DNA from: Myxococcota bacterium | GTDB lineage: Bacteria; Myxococcota_A; UBA796; GCA-2862545 | DNA: 64,000 nucleotides | NCBI GenBank assembly: GCA_039208735.1 | Contig: JBCCQY010000027.1 | Coordinates: 10,915-74,914, forward strand | Direction of reading: 5' to 3' | Shown: in pieces, positions 49,656 to 60,423 of the stretch | Numbering within the stretch: the first letter of the stretch is position 1 | Layout of the letters: each line of letters opens with the position of its first letter | Translations under genes and position numbers: made by a program | The notes under the pieces: model-generated | Seen by the model: only the letters and a program-made list of their open reading frames with translations | What the model was told of the DNA's origin: nothing | Database searches by the model: none

Positions 49656-51262
49656 CTACGGTCCGTTTCCCGTGATGGTCACGTGGTTGACGGAGGTGAG
49701 GTCGTCGACGAAATCCAACAAGTAGTCGTCGCCTAGTCCCCGGTTAAAGGTCGCCGTAAAGTTGCCCACCACCTGAAGCGAACTCATGGAATCGATCGAG
49801 GTCAGTCCGCTGTTACGGACGAGAATCAGCTCGTCGATCTCTTCCACGGTCTCGAGGCCATCGAGTTTCACCAAGGCCCCGCAGTCCTCGATCTCGAGTC
49901 GATCGAGTTCAGTGAGGGTTTGAGGTCCTAAGAGACTGTCCAAACCCTCATTGTCTCGCAAGATCATGTTGTTGCAGGTCTGCGGAGCAAAGGAACCAAA
50001 CTCCTTGAGGAAGCCGCTATTCGTGACGGTTATGGAGCCAACATCGGCCAAGTTGCTAAACGAATTGAGCGACGTCAATCCTACGTCGTCAAGCTCCAAT
50101 TCATCGATTTGAGTCAGTCCGAGAAAGCCCTCGGCCAAGACCAGCCGAGGAACCCGGACCAGTTCAAGCTCACTCATCGACTGGACATTCGCAAACGCCT
50201 CGATTTCATAGAGAAGAGGTAGCCACGTTACACGGACCACATCTACCGAAGTCAGGGAATCAAAGCCCGAAATTCTGACCAAATCGGAACTCGAGTCAAA
50301 GGTGATAAGCGAGGCCTCGATCAAGCCTGAAAGGGCGTCGAAGCTATAGAAGCCCTCGAACCGAGAAATTCGGACATCCCTGGCTCTTTCGACCCCGTTC
50401 AAGCCGGTCAAATCCAGCGTCTCGTCGAACTCGAAGAGCCTCAAGGGTCCGGTGACCTCGCGAAGGCTGGCAAAGCCATTCAGACTGGCCAGCCCACTCC
50501 CGTAGATGGTTAGGGTCTCGACGGTATGCAGAGTCGTGAACTCGGACATCAAAAGCGGATTGTCCTGGAATCTCGCAAGCTCCACCTCTTGGACCATCGG
50601 GACAAAGGCCGACTTGAGAAGCGGATTCGCCTCGAGACTGAGTTCCGACAGCGATTGTAATTGGGAACCTGAAGCGAAGTGAGCGTGGCGTTGCCATGCA
50701 CCTCGAGCCGGCCCTGAATGGAGCGGAGGGTTGGAAGCAGGATCTCCTTCAGTTTTGGATTCGAATCGATCGTGAGATTCCCCTCGATTTCGGAGACACA
50801 ATCGAGCCAAGCCACATCGCTGTCGATCGAGTTCCCCGAAATCGCAACGTCGCCAAAAATAATGATCTCGCAGAACCTGGTGCACAAATCACTTCCCGCT
50901 GTGATCGATGCGAAGCTGCCGACTTGGTCTTGAAGAGTCGGGTCGAAATCATCGCAGTCATCCGCCAACAGAGCCCCATCCCCATCCGCGTCGAGATCCC
51001 TGGTGTCCGGTGAACAGTCGTTGTCGATGCCGTCATAGGGGATCTCGGATTGAGCAGGGTTCACCTCAGGGTCGAGGTCATCACAGTCCTCGTCGCTCGT
51101 AAACCCATCACCATCCAAGTCTTCTGTGAGCATCCTCGGATTGCAATCATCATCGAGATCCGCTTGCGCGGTTTCTTCGCAGCCGTTGGTGTCTCCACAA
51201 GCCATCACCACCGGAACAACACTAGCCATCGCGATCCGAACCCATATCGGGGCTGCCTTCAT
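49656..51262 (-). pseudogene. lipoprotein with MopE-type DxDxDG/DCDD repeat and L-domain/LRR repeats, frameshift at ~50664
   Basis: VMAC lipobox; DLDGDGF...DCDD...DGIDNDC; LxxLxxV repeats continue in another frame; one extra C in GTTCCC-AATTA joins ORFs 50549..51445 and 49656..50885. Confidence 0.8.
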
Positions 51263-51458
51263 AGCGCACGCTCCAACCTCAACCCGTTCACCATACATGC
51301 AAATCTGACCGGAACCAGCAGGACGGTCGCCCGGGGGCGCCTCTGGCGGCGCAGCACTTGGGCGGCCATGGAGCGCACCCTGCTCTCGCACATGGAGCGT
51401 GGATTTCCTGGAACCGATTTCGTCTGCGGTAGTCTGCCCACGCACTCAGGAGACTCTC

Positions 51459-51686
51459 ATGACCCGCAATGTCCTTGCCTTGTCGCTCTTCGCCCTTAGC
51501 GCCGCAATCGTGTATGCGTCCACGCCTCAAGCTACCGCCCAGACAACCGCTGCGCCCGAATGCAAGAAGCTTGGAAACACCACGAATGCCAAGCTCGAAA
51601 AGTGGATTGCCGAGCAGACGGCAGCGGGTCGCTCGCAGGTGATTTCTATCCCGAACGTCAACAACACGTTCCTCTGCGCCTGGTAG
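51459..51686 (+). CDS. small secreted protein with two Cys (75 aa)
   Basis: AGGAG RBS; signal peptide; EC...LCAW. Confidence 0.7.
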   Translation: MTRNVLALSLFALSAAIVYASTPQATAQTTAAPECKKLGNTTNAKLEKWIAEQTAAGRSQVISIPNVNNTFLCAW

Positions 51687-51937
51687 GTCAACGACCGTTC
51701 ACATTGGAAGCGAGGCACGCTTGCCGGAGACGCACCGACGAGGATACCTGCGGCCGTGCGCGACGCCCATCTCACCGCTTGGAGTCCGACGGCCACGGCC
51801 ATCACGGTCGCGCCTCCCTTCGCCCCCGTCGAGGGCCACACGAGCTTCGCGTGGACGGTGCTGCCTGGGAGATCGATCGCAAACGGCACTTCCACGGAGG
51901 GCCGCTACGTACGGGTTGGTGCGTCCGAGGCGTTGCC

Positions 51938-52603
51938 GTGACACCAGGGCCCGTGTCGGCTGATGAACAGCGGTTTCTCGATGCCATCGAGAGGGCCCCC
52001 TCCGCGAACGAACCACGGTACGTCTACGCCGATTGGCTCTCGGAGCGGGGACGACCCTTGGGTGAACTCATCTGGCTGCAGTGCGAGTTGTCATCGCTGT
52101 CGGCACGATCTGAGTTTGGGCCACGCACCGATGAGCTTCGGGCGGCGGAAACCCAGTGGCTCGCGCGACATGGTCGGCAGGTGTTTGGCCGCTTCGTCGA
52201 ACCGAGAATCCGCCTTCGTTTCGACCGAGGCTTCGTCGTAGGCTTCAACCAGGATGGGCTATTCGTGAGTGAGCCTCAACACGGCACCCGCCGTGGGTTG
52301 AGGTTTTCTGCGACCGGACGGGTCGCCCGGACGACCTTCGAGAGCCGGGCGCCCTTGTTTGCCGAACGGATTGCGCGGTGGATGGCGCCCGGGCACGCTC
52401 AAACGACTGTCTATGCCTACGAACTCGACGGCCTTCGCCCACGTGTCGAGGGATGGCCGATGCGCCTCCGGTGGAAACGGGGCTTGGTCTACCGAGGGCT
52501 TTGGCAGGGCATCACGCTCCAGATGAACTGGAGACACCAGGCGAGGCTTGAGTTGCTGTCCGCAGACGATCGTGAGCCCCTTTGGGCTCCGGATTGGCCA
52601 TGA
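51938..52603 (+). CDS. TIGR02996 domain protein
   Basis: FLDAI...PRYVYADWLSERG...GELIWLQC; FDRGFV. Confidence 0.8.
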   Translation: MTPGPVSADEQRFLDAIERAPSANEPRYVYADWLSERGRPLGELIWLQCELSSLSARSEFGPRTDELRAAETQWLARHGRQVFGRFVEPRIRLRFDRGFVVGFNQDGLFVSEPQHGTRRGLRFSATGRVARTTFESRAPLFAERIARWMAPGHAQTTVYAYELDGLRPRVEGWPMRLRWKRGLVYRGLWQGITLQMNWRHQARLELLSADDREPLWAPDWP

Positions 52604-52658
52604 ATGACGCATCCGTGAAGCCAGACCCGCAATAGCGTAGGGGGACCGAGGAGGACCA

Positions 52659-54332
52659 ATGGTCGGATGGTGGCTGGCATTTGTTTCAATGGCCCAAGAC
52701 TACGCCAGCGAGGCGAAGGAACGTATGGACCTCGAGTTCGACGTGGACGATCTCGAAGAGGTGCTCGCCGTGGAGGTGACCAACCAACCAACCGCGGTAC
52801 CTCGAGCCCCCTTGCCCCTGGCCCCAAACTCGGAACTGCAAGACATTACGGTGTTTCTGGATCATGCGCGAGTGACGCGCACCCAGCGACTCACCCTTGC
52901 GGCAGGGCGACACACGGTGCGCTTCGAAGGGCTTCCTCTTGCGTTGAGGCCCGAAGGTATCGATGCGCGAATCATCGACGGCTTCGGCCGAGTCGCCTCG
53001 GTGGAACTGCTGTCCGGGCAGGGAGACGTCGAGTCCACCGGGGCGATTACCCAAGTTCGCGATGATGCGAAGGAACTCGCCCGAAAACTGGGCCAAGTCC
53101 AAGACCGTATCGAAGCCCTGCTGGCCAAACGCGCCTATCTTCGGCGCGCGGTCCTCCCTAACCAAGCAAGCCAATCCCCCGTCGTGCGCGAACTTCGCGA
53201 CATGATGGACTACGTGGGCAGCGCCGAACGCACACTTGCGGAGGAGTTGCGTACGCAAGAGCAATTGGCCGAAGAACTGGGAGACGCCTTGAGGCCGCTA
53301 CTGACGCGCCTGGCGGACCCTCTGGCTACGGGCCGCACCGTGAAGGTCGGGGTCGAGGTAGACGATCCGAAGCCGATCACCGTCGCATTGCGCTACGCGG
53401 TTTCGGGCGCGAGCTGGCGTCCCGCCTATGACGCCCGACTCCTTGGGGGAGAGGTTGTCCTCGAGCAGTTCGGGGTCGTGCGACAGTCCACCGGTGAGGC
53501 TTGGACGGACGCTCGACTCGAGCTTTCAACCGCGGCGGTCTCGCCCGCTGGAGAGCGGCCGCCATTGACGCCATGGGTGCTGGGGGGGCCCGGTGTCGCC
53601 ACCCAAGTCGAGGTGGGCGCGGGAGTGTTTACTGAAGTGGGCATCGACGCGACCGCGGCCTCTCAAGGGCTCATTGCGAGCGACCTTCAGGCCGAGGTCC
53701 GAGGCAACGGTGCGCTCGTGTTTGCGATTGAGGGTCGACGCACCATCAAAGGCGATGACAGCGCACAACGCGTGCCCATCGCCCGCCAGCGTCTTTCGGC
53801 CAAGGCTTCGTTCTCGACGGTGCCCCGACAGGCCCTCGAAGTGCACCGACTCATCACGGTCGGCTACGACGGTGGGTTTCCACTCCTCCCTGGCCCTGTC
53901 ACCACCTTCGTCAGGGGGGACTACGTCGGTCGTGGCATCATTCCATCCGTGGTGCCTGGTGAAGCACTCACGTTGTCCTTCGGCCCTCACGATGGGTTCC
54001 GCGTGCGCCGACAGCTCGTGACCCGCAAGCGTGAAAAGGCAGGCGGATCCAAATTTCGTTACACCCTCGGTTTTCGGATCAGTGTGGTGAATCACACGGA
54101 CTCTACCGCGACGATCGAAGTCCGCGACCAGATCCCCGTGTCTCGCGAGGGCCGAATCAGCGTCAAGGTGCTTGAGCTGTCGAACGGGACGCTCGACGAA
54201 ACCTCTGGTCAGATTCGTTGGACGCCGCGGGTGGAGCCTGGCGCAGACCAAACCATGGACCTCGCCTTTCAGATTGTGGCACCCGCCGATATGGCCCGAG
54301 ATCTCGACGCGGAAATCATGATGCTCCATTAG
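52659..54332 (+). CDS. TIGR02231/MuiA family protein (DUF4140 + DUF4139)
   Basis: ITVFLDHARVTR, coiled coil, ASWRPAYDAR, QSTGEAW...LELST, RDQIPVS. Confidence 0.85.
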   Translation: MVGWWLAFVSMAQDYASEAKERMDLEFDVDDLEEVLAVEVTNQPTAVPRAPLPLAPNSELQDITVFLDHARVTRTQRLTLAAGRHTVRFEGLPLALRPEGIDARIIDGFGRVASVELLSGQGDVESTGAITQVRDDAKELARKLGQVQDRIEALLAKRAYLRRAVLPNQASQSPVVRELRDMMDYVGSAERTLAEELRTQEQLAEELGDALRPLLTRLADPLATGRTVKVGVEVDDPKPITVALRYAVSGASWRPAYDARLLGGEVVLEQFGVVRQSTGEAWTDARLELSTAAVSPAGERPPLTPWVLGGPGVATQVEVGAGVFTEVGIDATAASQGLIASDLQAEVRGNGALVFAIEGRRTIKGDDSAQRVPIARQRLSAKASFSTVPRQALEVHRLITVGYDGGFPLLPGPVTTFVRGDYVGRGIIPSVVPGEALTLSFGPHDGFRVRRQLVTRKREKAGGSKFRYTLGFRISVVNHTDSTATIEVRDQIPVSREGRISVKVLELSNGTLDETSGQIRWTPRVEPGADQTMDLAFQIVAPADMARDLDAEIMMLH

Positions 54333-54413
54333 CGAGCAAGATCCGCTGCGAGACGGTCGAGATTTGGTGATCGCGCCGCCGAGGCGAACTCACACGAGAG
54401 AGTCCCAACCGTA

Positions 54414-54920
54414 ATGGAAGAAGACCGCGAACTTGCTCTTCGAGCCATCCGGCGGCATTTTCCCTCCGGACTTTATCCAGAAGATCCCAACTACGTGTAG
54501 CGTGCCGAATTCAAGAGGCTGCGGGATGCGCAGGCCCGCGTGGATTTTGAACCCTTCGATCGCCTCATTGAAACGATTCGAGCTGCCTACCCGACCTGCT
54601 ACGTCGACGACCGCCGGCGGACCTTGCTTCACGACCCGAGCCTCATCGTCGCGGTTGCAGTGGGCCCGCACAATCCGAATGCCAAGCAATTCCATTTTGT
54701 GACGGCTTGCGTGTCCATCATTGCACCGTTCTACGTTGTGCACGGTGCTCCCCGAGGCGGCCGCCTGGGTGCATTCTTGGACGAGTTGGTAAGGCAAACC
54801 TTCGAGGTTCGATCTCTCCCTCCTGAGCTCGGCCACGAACGAATTCCGGACATCGCGGTCGGCAATGTCGAGATGGGAGAAACCACGATTGGTGACGCGC
54901 TCTTCTCGCCTGATCGTTGA
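54414..54920 (+). pseudogene. hypothetical protein with in-frame TAG at 54498-54500
   Basis: ATG 54414 MEEDRELALRAIRRHFPSGLYPEDPNYV*RAEFKRL continues in frame into ORF 54540..54920. Confidence 0.6.
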
Positions 54921-55051
54921 TCTTTCGCTTCAGGAATGCGGAGGTGGCCGCATCGCACGCCAGCCCGGGGTCCAGGAATGCCGATATGCCGGGATCACAA
55001 AGAGGCGTATGCCCTAGTCTCGTGCTAGTGGCTCTCGGCTTGGAGGGCAAT

Positions 55052-57565
55052 TTGCGATTTTGGTACTCAGTGATGCTTGCTGGCTGCGGAGTGTCTTTCG
55101 ACGAAGTTCCGCCTCGGACAAGTCCAGCGGCCAGTGCGGAGGTCTTCCTGGTGAACTCCTCCGCGGACTCAAGGGATCGGACTTCGCTTCGCGGCGCCAT
55201 CATCGCGGCCAACCGCAATAAAGAAGTCGACACGATCCGGATTGAGCCTGGAGTGTACACCCTTCGACTCCCTGGCATCGACGACGACGCGCAGGGGGGC
55301 GACCTTGACATCACCGAAAGCGTTGTCATCGAAGGGCTCGGAACGGACAAATTCCAGACGGTCATCGATGCCAACCAGATGGACAGGGTCTTCGACGTCA
55401 TTGGCGACATCGACGTGACGTTTCGGAACCTCACCATCACGGGGGGCTTGGTTGCGGGCACGGGGCCGGCTGGATCTGGTGGCGGTGTCCGTAATGCAGG
55501 CGCCGACGTGACCTTCGAGACGGTCGCAGTGGACGACAACACCGCTTCGATCGGTGGTGGGGTTGCCAATGTCTTGGCGTTCACCACAGGACGAAGCGGC
55601 TCCTATTTCGAACAGGACAGCTGCGTTCGATTCAACACCGCCACCACAGGCAACGGCGGCGGCATTTATTCAGGCGATGACGACGGCGGGATTGGAGTCA
55701 CCAATACGGAAGTTCTCGGAAACTCCGCGGCGCTGTCGGGTGGCGGCATCTTCATGTTTCATGAGCGACTTGGACCCTTTTCTTTTCTGTCCATTAACGG
55801 GTCGGACATCATCGACAATCAGGCCGGGGCGGACGGTGGTGGTGCTTACGTCAGCGGTGTGTTTGGGTCGAACAAGAAGAGCCTCCTCACTCGCCAGACC
55901 GTTAGCAACAGCCTGTTTCACAACAACTCTGCCGCTCGGGATGGCGGTGGGTTCTTCGTGTTCAACGGGCTCGCTGTCGATCGCTCGACATTTACCGCCA
56001 ACCGTGCGGAGCGCAATGGTGGCGCAATCGCAAGCTTCTTCGACGTTCGAATCATCGACACGACCATCGGCGACCGTGTCGGCTTCACGGCGAACGAGGC
56101 GCAGCTTGGCGGTGGTATCTATATGGATGGACGATTCTTCACCAACCACAAGGGATTCAGTCCCATTACACTGCAGTTCTGGAGTTCGTCGATCGTGCGA
56201 AACCTCGCGGACCATGGGGGTGGTGTCTATCTGATCGAGAGCCGCACGAACCTTCAGGATTTCGACGTGTCTGAGAACCGCGCTATCGTGAGTGGGGGTG
56301 GACTCTTCCTTCGGCCGTTGAACTATTTCGACTATGGCGGCAACTTTGTTCCCGTCCTTCGGCGAGGCACCGTGGCCGATAATCTGGCTCGGGTGGGTTC
56401 AGGACTCGTGCCAGTATCGACGGGCGGCGGGGTTCAGCTCCAGGTTGGTGATGACCGTGACGTATGGTTCGAGAGGGTCGAATTTCGGAACAACCATGCG
56501 GACCTCGCCGGCGGTGCGATTGTCATCGAAGACGTCCCGGGGGCCAAGGGCACGGGGATCGACAATCGCGTCCGCTTTGATGCCTGTGGGATCAACGAGA
56601 ACGAGGTTGGATCCTTCTTGGCGAACTCCGAGGATGGCGGAGGCATCTACATCGATACCAGCGATGATCCGTTGGTGGAACTCTTCAACACGACCGTGTC
56701 GTCGAACACTGCCGATCGTGGGGCCGCGGTGGCTAGCCATGGCCCAGCGACGGTGCACCTGGCCTACACCACAGTGGCTGACAATACGTCGCTATCTCCT
56801 GCCACAGCGTCAGGTGGTATCTGGATGACAGGGGGAACCTTCCGGTCCGCAGCCTCGTTGTACGCAAACAATGACTTTGCTGACTGCCAGTTGATCGGCG
56901 CCTCGCTCATCAGTGAGGGCTACAACGTCTTTGAGGACATCTGTGGGAACGGCCCGCTGACCTGTGACAATCCGAATTTCGCGGCGCCCGGGACAGATAT
57001 CTTGGGCGGCAATTCGCTGGTGTGTCCTGGTGCTGTGACTCCCAACGTCGGACTGGATGTCCTGCAAGCAAGCCCCACGTCGATCTCGAGATTTCATCCT
57101 CTTTTGGCTGGCAATAGCGCGATCGCGATCGTTCCCCTCAGCGGACCCTTCTGTTCAGACATGCCACTCGGCGTCGACCAGCGCGGAGACGTGGCCAACT
57201 TCCCGAGGCCTGGGGCGCCGATCTCGATGGCCTGTGACGCAGGCGCTTTCGAGAGCCAAGAGACGGTGGCGACTTTGCCGTTGGTCCGCGCGGGCGACTT
57301 CGCCCTGGACTCAGACTACGTGATGACCGCGACATGTGACGGTACGACGGTGACGTTGCTGGGGACGGTGGCCTCGGGGAGCATCACCTGTCCGCTCGGC
57401 ACCAACGTCACCATCGAGTGTGACACCACCGGCAAAGCCGCTTGGGTGGAACTGTTCCGCAATGATAGCTCCGTCTCGACAGTCTTCTCCGGGCTCCTAA
57501 GCGAGACCTTTCCGGTCGCGCTGGGGGATGACTTCGAGTGCTGGTGGACCGAAGTTCAGGACTAA
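55052..57565 (+). CDS. CSLREA-like / GGAI-repeat beta-helix lipoprotein with choice-of-anchor Q-like domain
   Basis: LAGC lipobox; SLRGAIIAAN; many NxAxxGG[AG]I repeats; DQRG...CDAGAFE; TTG start after GGAGG. Confidence 0.85.
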   Translation: MRFWYSVMLAGCGVSFDEVPPRTSPAASAEVFLVNSSADSRDRTSLRGAIIAANRNKEVDTIRIEPGVYTLRLPGIDDDAQGGDLDITESVVIEGLGTDKFQTVIDANQMDRVFDVIGDIDVTFRNLTITGGLVAGTGPAGSGGGVRNAGADVTFETVAVDDNTASIGGGVANVLAFTTGRSGSYFEQDSCVRFNTATTGNGGGIYSGDDDGGIGVTNTEVLGNSAALSGGGIFMFHERLGPFSFLSINGSDIIDNQAGADGGGAYVSGVFGSNKKSLLTRQTVSNSLFHNNSAARDGGGFFVFNGLAVDRSTFTANRAERNGGAIASFFDVRIIDTTIGDRVGFTANEAQLGGGIYMDGRFFTNHKGFSPITLQFWSSSIVRNLADHGGGVYLIESRTNLQDFDVSENRAIVSGGGLFLRPLNYFDYGGNFVPVLRRGTVADNLARVGSGLVPVSTGGGVQLQVGDDRDVWFERVEFRNNHADLAGGAIVIEDVPGAKGTGIDNRVRFDACGINENEVGSFLANSEDGGGIYIDTSDDPLVELFNTTVSSNTADRGAAVASHGPATVHLAYTTVADNTSLSPATASGGIWMTGGTFRSAASLYANNDFADCQLIGASLISEGYNVFEDICGNGPLTCDNPNFAAPGTDILGGNSLVCPGAVTPNVGLDVLQASPTSISRFHPLLAGNSAIAIVPLSGPFCSDMPLGVDQRGDVANFPRPGAPISMACDAGAFESQETVATLPLVRAGDFALDSDYVMTATCDGTTVTLLGTVASGSITCPLGTNVTIECDTTGKAAWVELFRNDSSVSTVFSGLLSETFPVALGDDFECWWTEVQD

Positions 57566-57871
57566 AGCACGTGGACAGTTTCCACGCCCCCCTTGTCGGG
57601 GGCCACTCCGGTGCGCGCACCAGAGATTCCTGCTTCGACAGGATCCGTTAGCTCGTCGTGGCCGTAGCGGTGACGAACCAGAGCGCGTCCGTGCACGGCG
57701 GCATACTGGTGCGCGACGAGCTGCCACGAGGTCGGCAATGAGAGAATTCGACCCATCATGTTCTATTCCCATCGAGCACCCGAACGAACTTGCCACAGTC
57801 GATCCCCATCGTGGGTTGCCGCGCGTCACACGAGCCTCAACCCGCGACGGAGAAAGGCTCGGCCAGCATTC

Positions 57872-58387
57872 TCAATGACTAATGGAGATGCCGATGGGGC
57901 CGTACTCAAAGCGCTGGTTCGGCCCGTAGTGGCAGGAGTACTGCTGAAGATAGTAGCCCGAGGACGTGGATCCTCCGGCGACATCGAGGCACTTGCCGGA
58001 ATATCGATTGACCAAAGCGAATTCGCCGGAACCAAGGTCGACCTTCGTCCACTCCTGGTTACTGCCACCATTGCACGGATACTGTTGCAGGGGCTGGTGG
58101 TTGGCGGTGCTCCAGCCTGGAAACTCCAGGCACAACCCACTGCTCAGATTGTCGATTTCGATGTAGCCATTGGCGTTCGTGACGAACTGCCAGTACTGAT
58201 TGTGCCCGTTATTGCAGGAGTACTGCTGAACCCAGGTCGCGCCAGAATAAAAGCCAGGAACGTCGATACATAGTCCATTCCCCACGTTTTCTACGGTGAA
58301 GTAGAAACGAGCGGCCTGGGCGTCGGATGACGCAAAGAGGCCAACCAGGGCGACCGTCGACAGCAAGACGGGACGGAGCAAGGTCAC
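57872..58387 (-). CDS. secreted ricin-type beta-trefoil lectin
   Basis: Signal ...AQA; three CxD/E...QQY.C...NQxW/F repeats. Confidence 0.9.
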   Translation of the reverse strand: MTLLRPVLLSTVALVGLFASSDAQAARFYFTVENVGNGLCIDVPGFYSGATWVQQYSCNNGHNQYWQFVTNANGYIEIDNLSSGLCLEFPGWSTANHQPLQQYPCNGGSNQEWTKVDLGSGEFALVNRYSGKCLDVAGGSTSSGYYLQQYSCHYGPNQRFEYGPIGISISH

Positions 58388-58541
58388 AAACACCTCGAAG
58401 CACGCTGGATGAGTGCGGTTGCGCGTGCTTGTATTCCTTACTTGAAAAGTTAGGTCTGCCGCTTGGTTCCGGACCGCACCGGACAAGCCCGGACGAAGTG
58501 TTTTCCGGCACGACTTTGCCACGCCGTGGCATCGCTACGCA

Positions 58542-59270
58542 TCAGCGACGAATTCGGGACAGCATCTCGTCGGGCAGTTCGCCTTCGGGTCCCCTCTCCA
58601 GCAACGTGAACCGATGGCGGCACTTTTTGGATCGGAACGACGCGTCCAGTTGAGCATTTATCGAGCGGTAGTCGGGTGTTCCATCTCGGTCGATGTCGAG
58701 GTCCCATCCGTCGGGAGCGAGCCTATCCACCTCGAGTTGCGCAGCCGCTTGGGCTCGAAGGTTGATCGGACGATCTTCGAACCAGACCGCCTTTCCTGCG
58801 TTCAGGGTCACCGCACCTACCTCGTCGGCATCAATGGTGTTGAGTGAACCGTAGAACGCTGTCGTTTCTCCGTTTGTCCGCTGGAGGTAGTGCATCTCGA
58901 CGTAGGATTGAAATCGGTCAGGGCCGGCCACAAACTCGTTCCATGTCACCTCGGAAGGGCCGCGCATTCCGAGACCCCACTCGCTCCAGTTGACCAATTG
59001 CACCCAGTGGATGACCACCGCGACGAGGTCCTCCTCTTCGGCCATGGGCACGCCCAACTTCGCCTGGTCGCAGAGCGCTTCGTTGTCGGAAAGGACGAAT
59101 TGGGCGAACCCGACCCGCTCCCTGCGCCCGTTGGCGAACTCGAGAAACTTAAAGTCAATGTGTAGGAATGCGTTGTTGATTCGCTCGAGCGGTGCATCAA
59201 GGTTTGGTGCGGTCACCTCGGGTGGAGGACCACATCCAACCAGCCAGATTAAAAAAAGTCCTCGCAACAT
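58542..59270 (-). CDS. lipoprotein, tandem paralog A
   Basis: GGAGG RBS; LVGC lipobox; similar throughout to 59284..59997. Confidence 0.8.
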   Translation of the reverse strand: MLRGLFLIWLVGCGPPPEVTAPNLDAPLERINNAFLHIDFKFLEFANGRRERVGFAQFVLSDNEALCDQAKLGVPMAEEEDLVAVVIHWVQLVNWSEWGLGMRGPSEVTWNEFVAGPDRFQSYVEMHYLQRTNGETTAFYGSLNTIDADEVGAVTLNAGKAVWFEDRPINLRAQAAAQLEVDRLAPDGWDLDIDRDGTPDYRSINAQLDASFRSKKCRHRFTLLERGPEGELPDEMLSRIRR

Positions 59271-59283
59271 TCGTCCTCCGCGC

Positions 59284-59997
59284 CTACCGTTTCGGAAGTT
59301 CATCTTCGAACCCCGCACCCAACAAAATGAACTCATTGCGGCAAGGCTTGGCGCGAAACGACGCATCCAGGTTTGCCTCGATCGACCGATGGTCCGGCGT
59401 CCCGTCGCCATCGAGGTCCAGGTCCCAACCGTCGGGGGCCAGCCGATCCACTTCGAGCAATCCGCTGAAGTACCCTCGCAGGTTGGTCGGATCATCATCG
59501 CTGAATCGGGTTGCGACTCCCTGCAGGTCAGCGAACCCGAGCACATCTTCGTCCACGGCGTTTCGCGTGCCGTAGAACGCCGTCGTACGCCCATCAACCC
59601 GCTCAAGGTAGTGGGCCTCGACGTAGGTTTGGTCTCGTTCGGGGCCGGCCAAAAAGTCGTTCCAGCTGAGTTCGGTGCGACTTTGGAATCGACCATCCAA
59701 CCAGTCGTTCCGGTTCATTCGCTGTATCCAATTGATAACCAGCACGACAACGTCAGCCTCTCTTGAAAGAGGCGAGGCGGTTTTCGCGACCTCGTCGCAG
59801 AGTTCTGTGCGATCGGACAAGACGACTTGGGCGAATGCGACGTCCCGACGCCTACCATCTTCGAACTCGATGTGGCTTTCGTTGAGGTACACGAACGCAC
59901 TGTTGATGCGTTCGAGCGCGCTATCCACTCCTGCCGCGGTCACCTCGAGCGGGGGCCCACAACCGAAGAGCATCGATCCCCAAAGCCAGCTTACCAT
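59284..59997 (-). CDS. lipoprotein, tandem paralog B
   Basis: GGAGG RBS; LFGC lipobox; shared LEVDRLAPDGWDLD.D.DGTPD.RSI.A.LDASFR. Confidence 0.8.
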   Translation of the reverse strand: MVSWLWGSMLFGCGPPLEVTAAGVDSALERINSAFVYLNESHIEFEDGRRRDVAFAQVVLSDRTELCDEVAKTASPLSREADVVVLVINWIQRMNRNDWLDGRFQSRTELSWNDFLAGPERDQTYVEAHYLERVDGRTTAFYGTRNAVDEDVLGFADLQGVATRFSDDDPTNLRGYFSGLLEVDRLAPDGWDLDLDGDGTPDHRSIEANLDASFRAKPCRNEFILLGAGFEDELPKR

Positions 59998-60423
59998 TCA
60001 CCCTCCCTACGTTTGCGGTCTTGGTATGATCGACACCGGAGGGTCGGCGAAGGCGCCCGCGTTTTTGGTTTCGGCGGCGCTAGGACTTGTCAGACTTGCT
60101 CGTACGGGCAAAGACCACCACGCCTGGGTGTTTCGCCTACGCAGCGGGGCGCTTCGATGCGAGAATGACGCTGAGCCGCCGCTGTGCGTCAATGTGGTGT
60201 TCGCGTCGATGCAGCTGTCGGCAACCGAGCAGTGCGACGCAGACGGCCTAGGCGGTCACGCGTCGCCCCTCCAGGGCGCCAACGACAGGCCTCCGATCGA
60301 CCTTGGCCCAATTGCAACAGAGTTTCACAAAGCCGGCAACCGGTGTTCTGAATTGCCACCACATCGGAACTTACGCGTGTTTGGCCCTCGATACTTCCTG
60401 GTCCTTCTCAAGGGGAGTTGAAG

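Noticed and set aside
46514..54500. Stop-codon reassignment or Sec/Pyl readthrough
   Set aside because: TGA and TAG end many normal genes here, and the MocR site is not a catalytic Cys/Lys position.
59675..60421. 248-aa plus-strand ORF upstream of the nucleotidase
   Set aside because: Partly antisense to a real lipoprotein gene and has no protein-like features.
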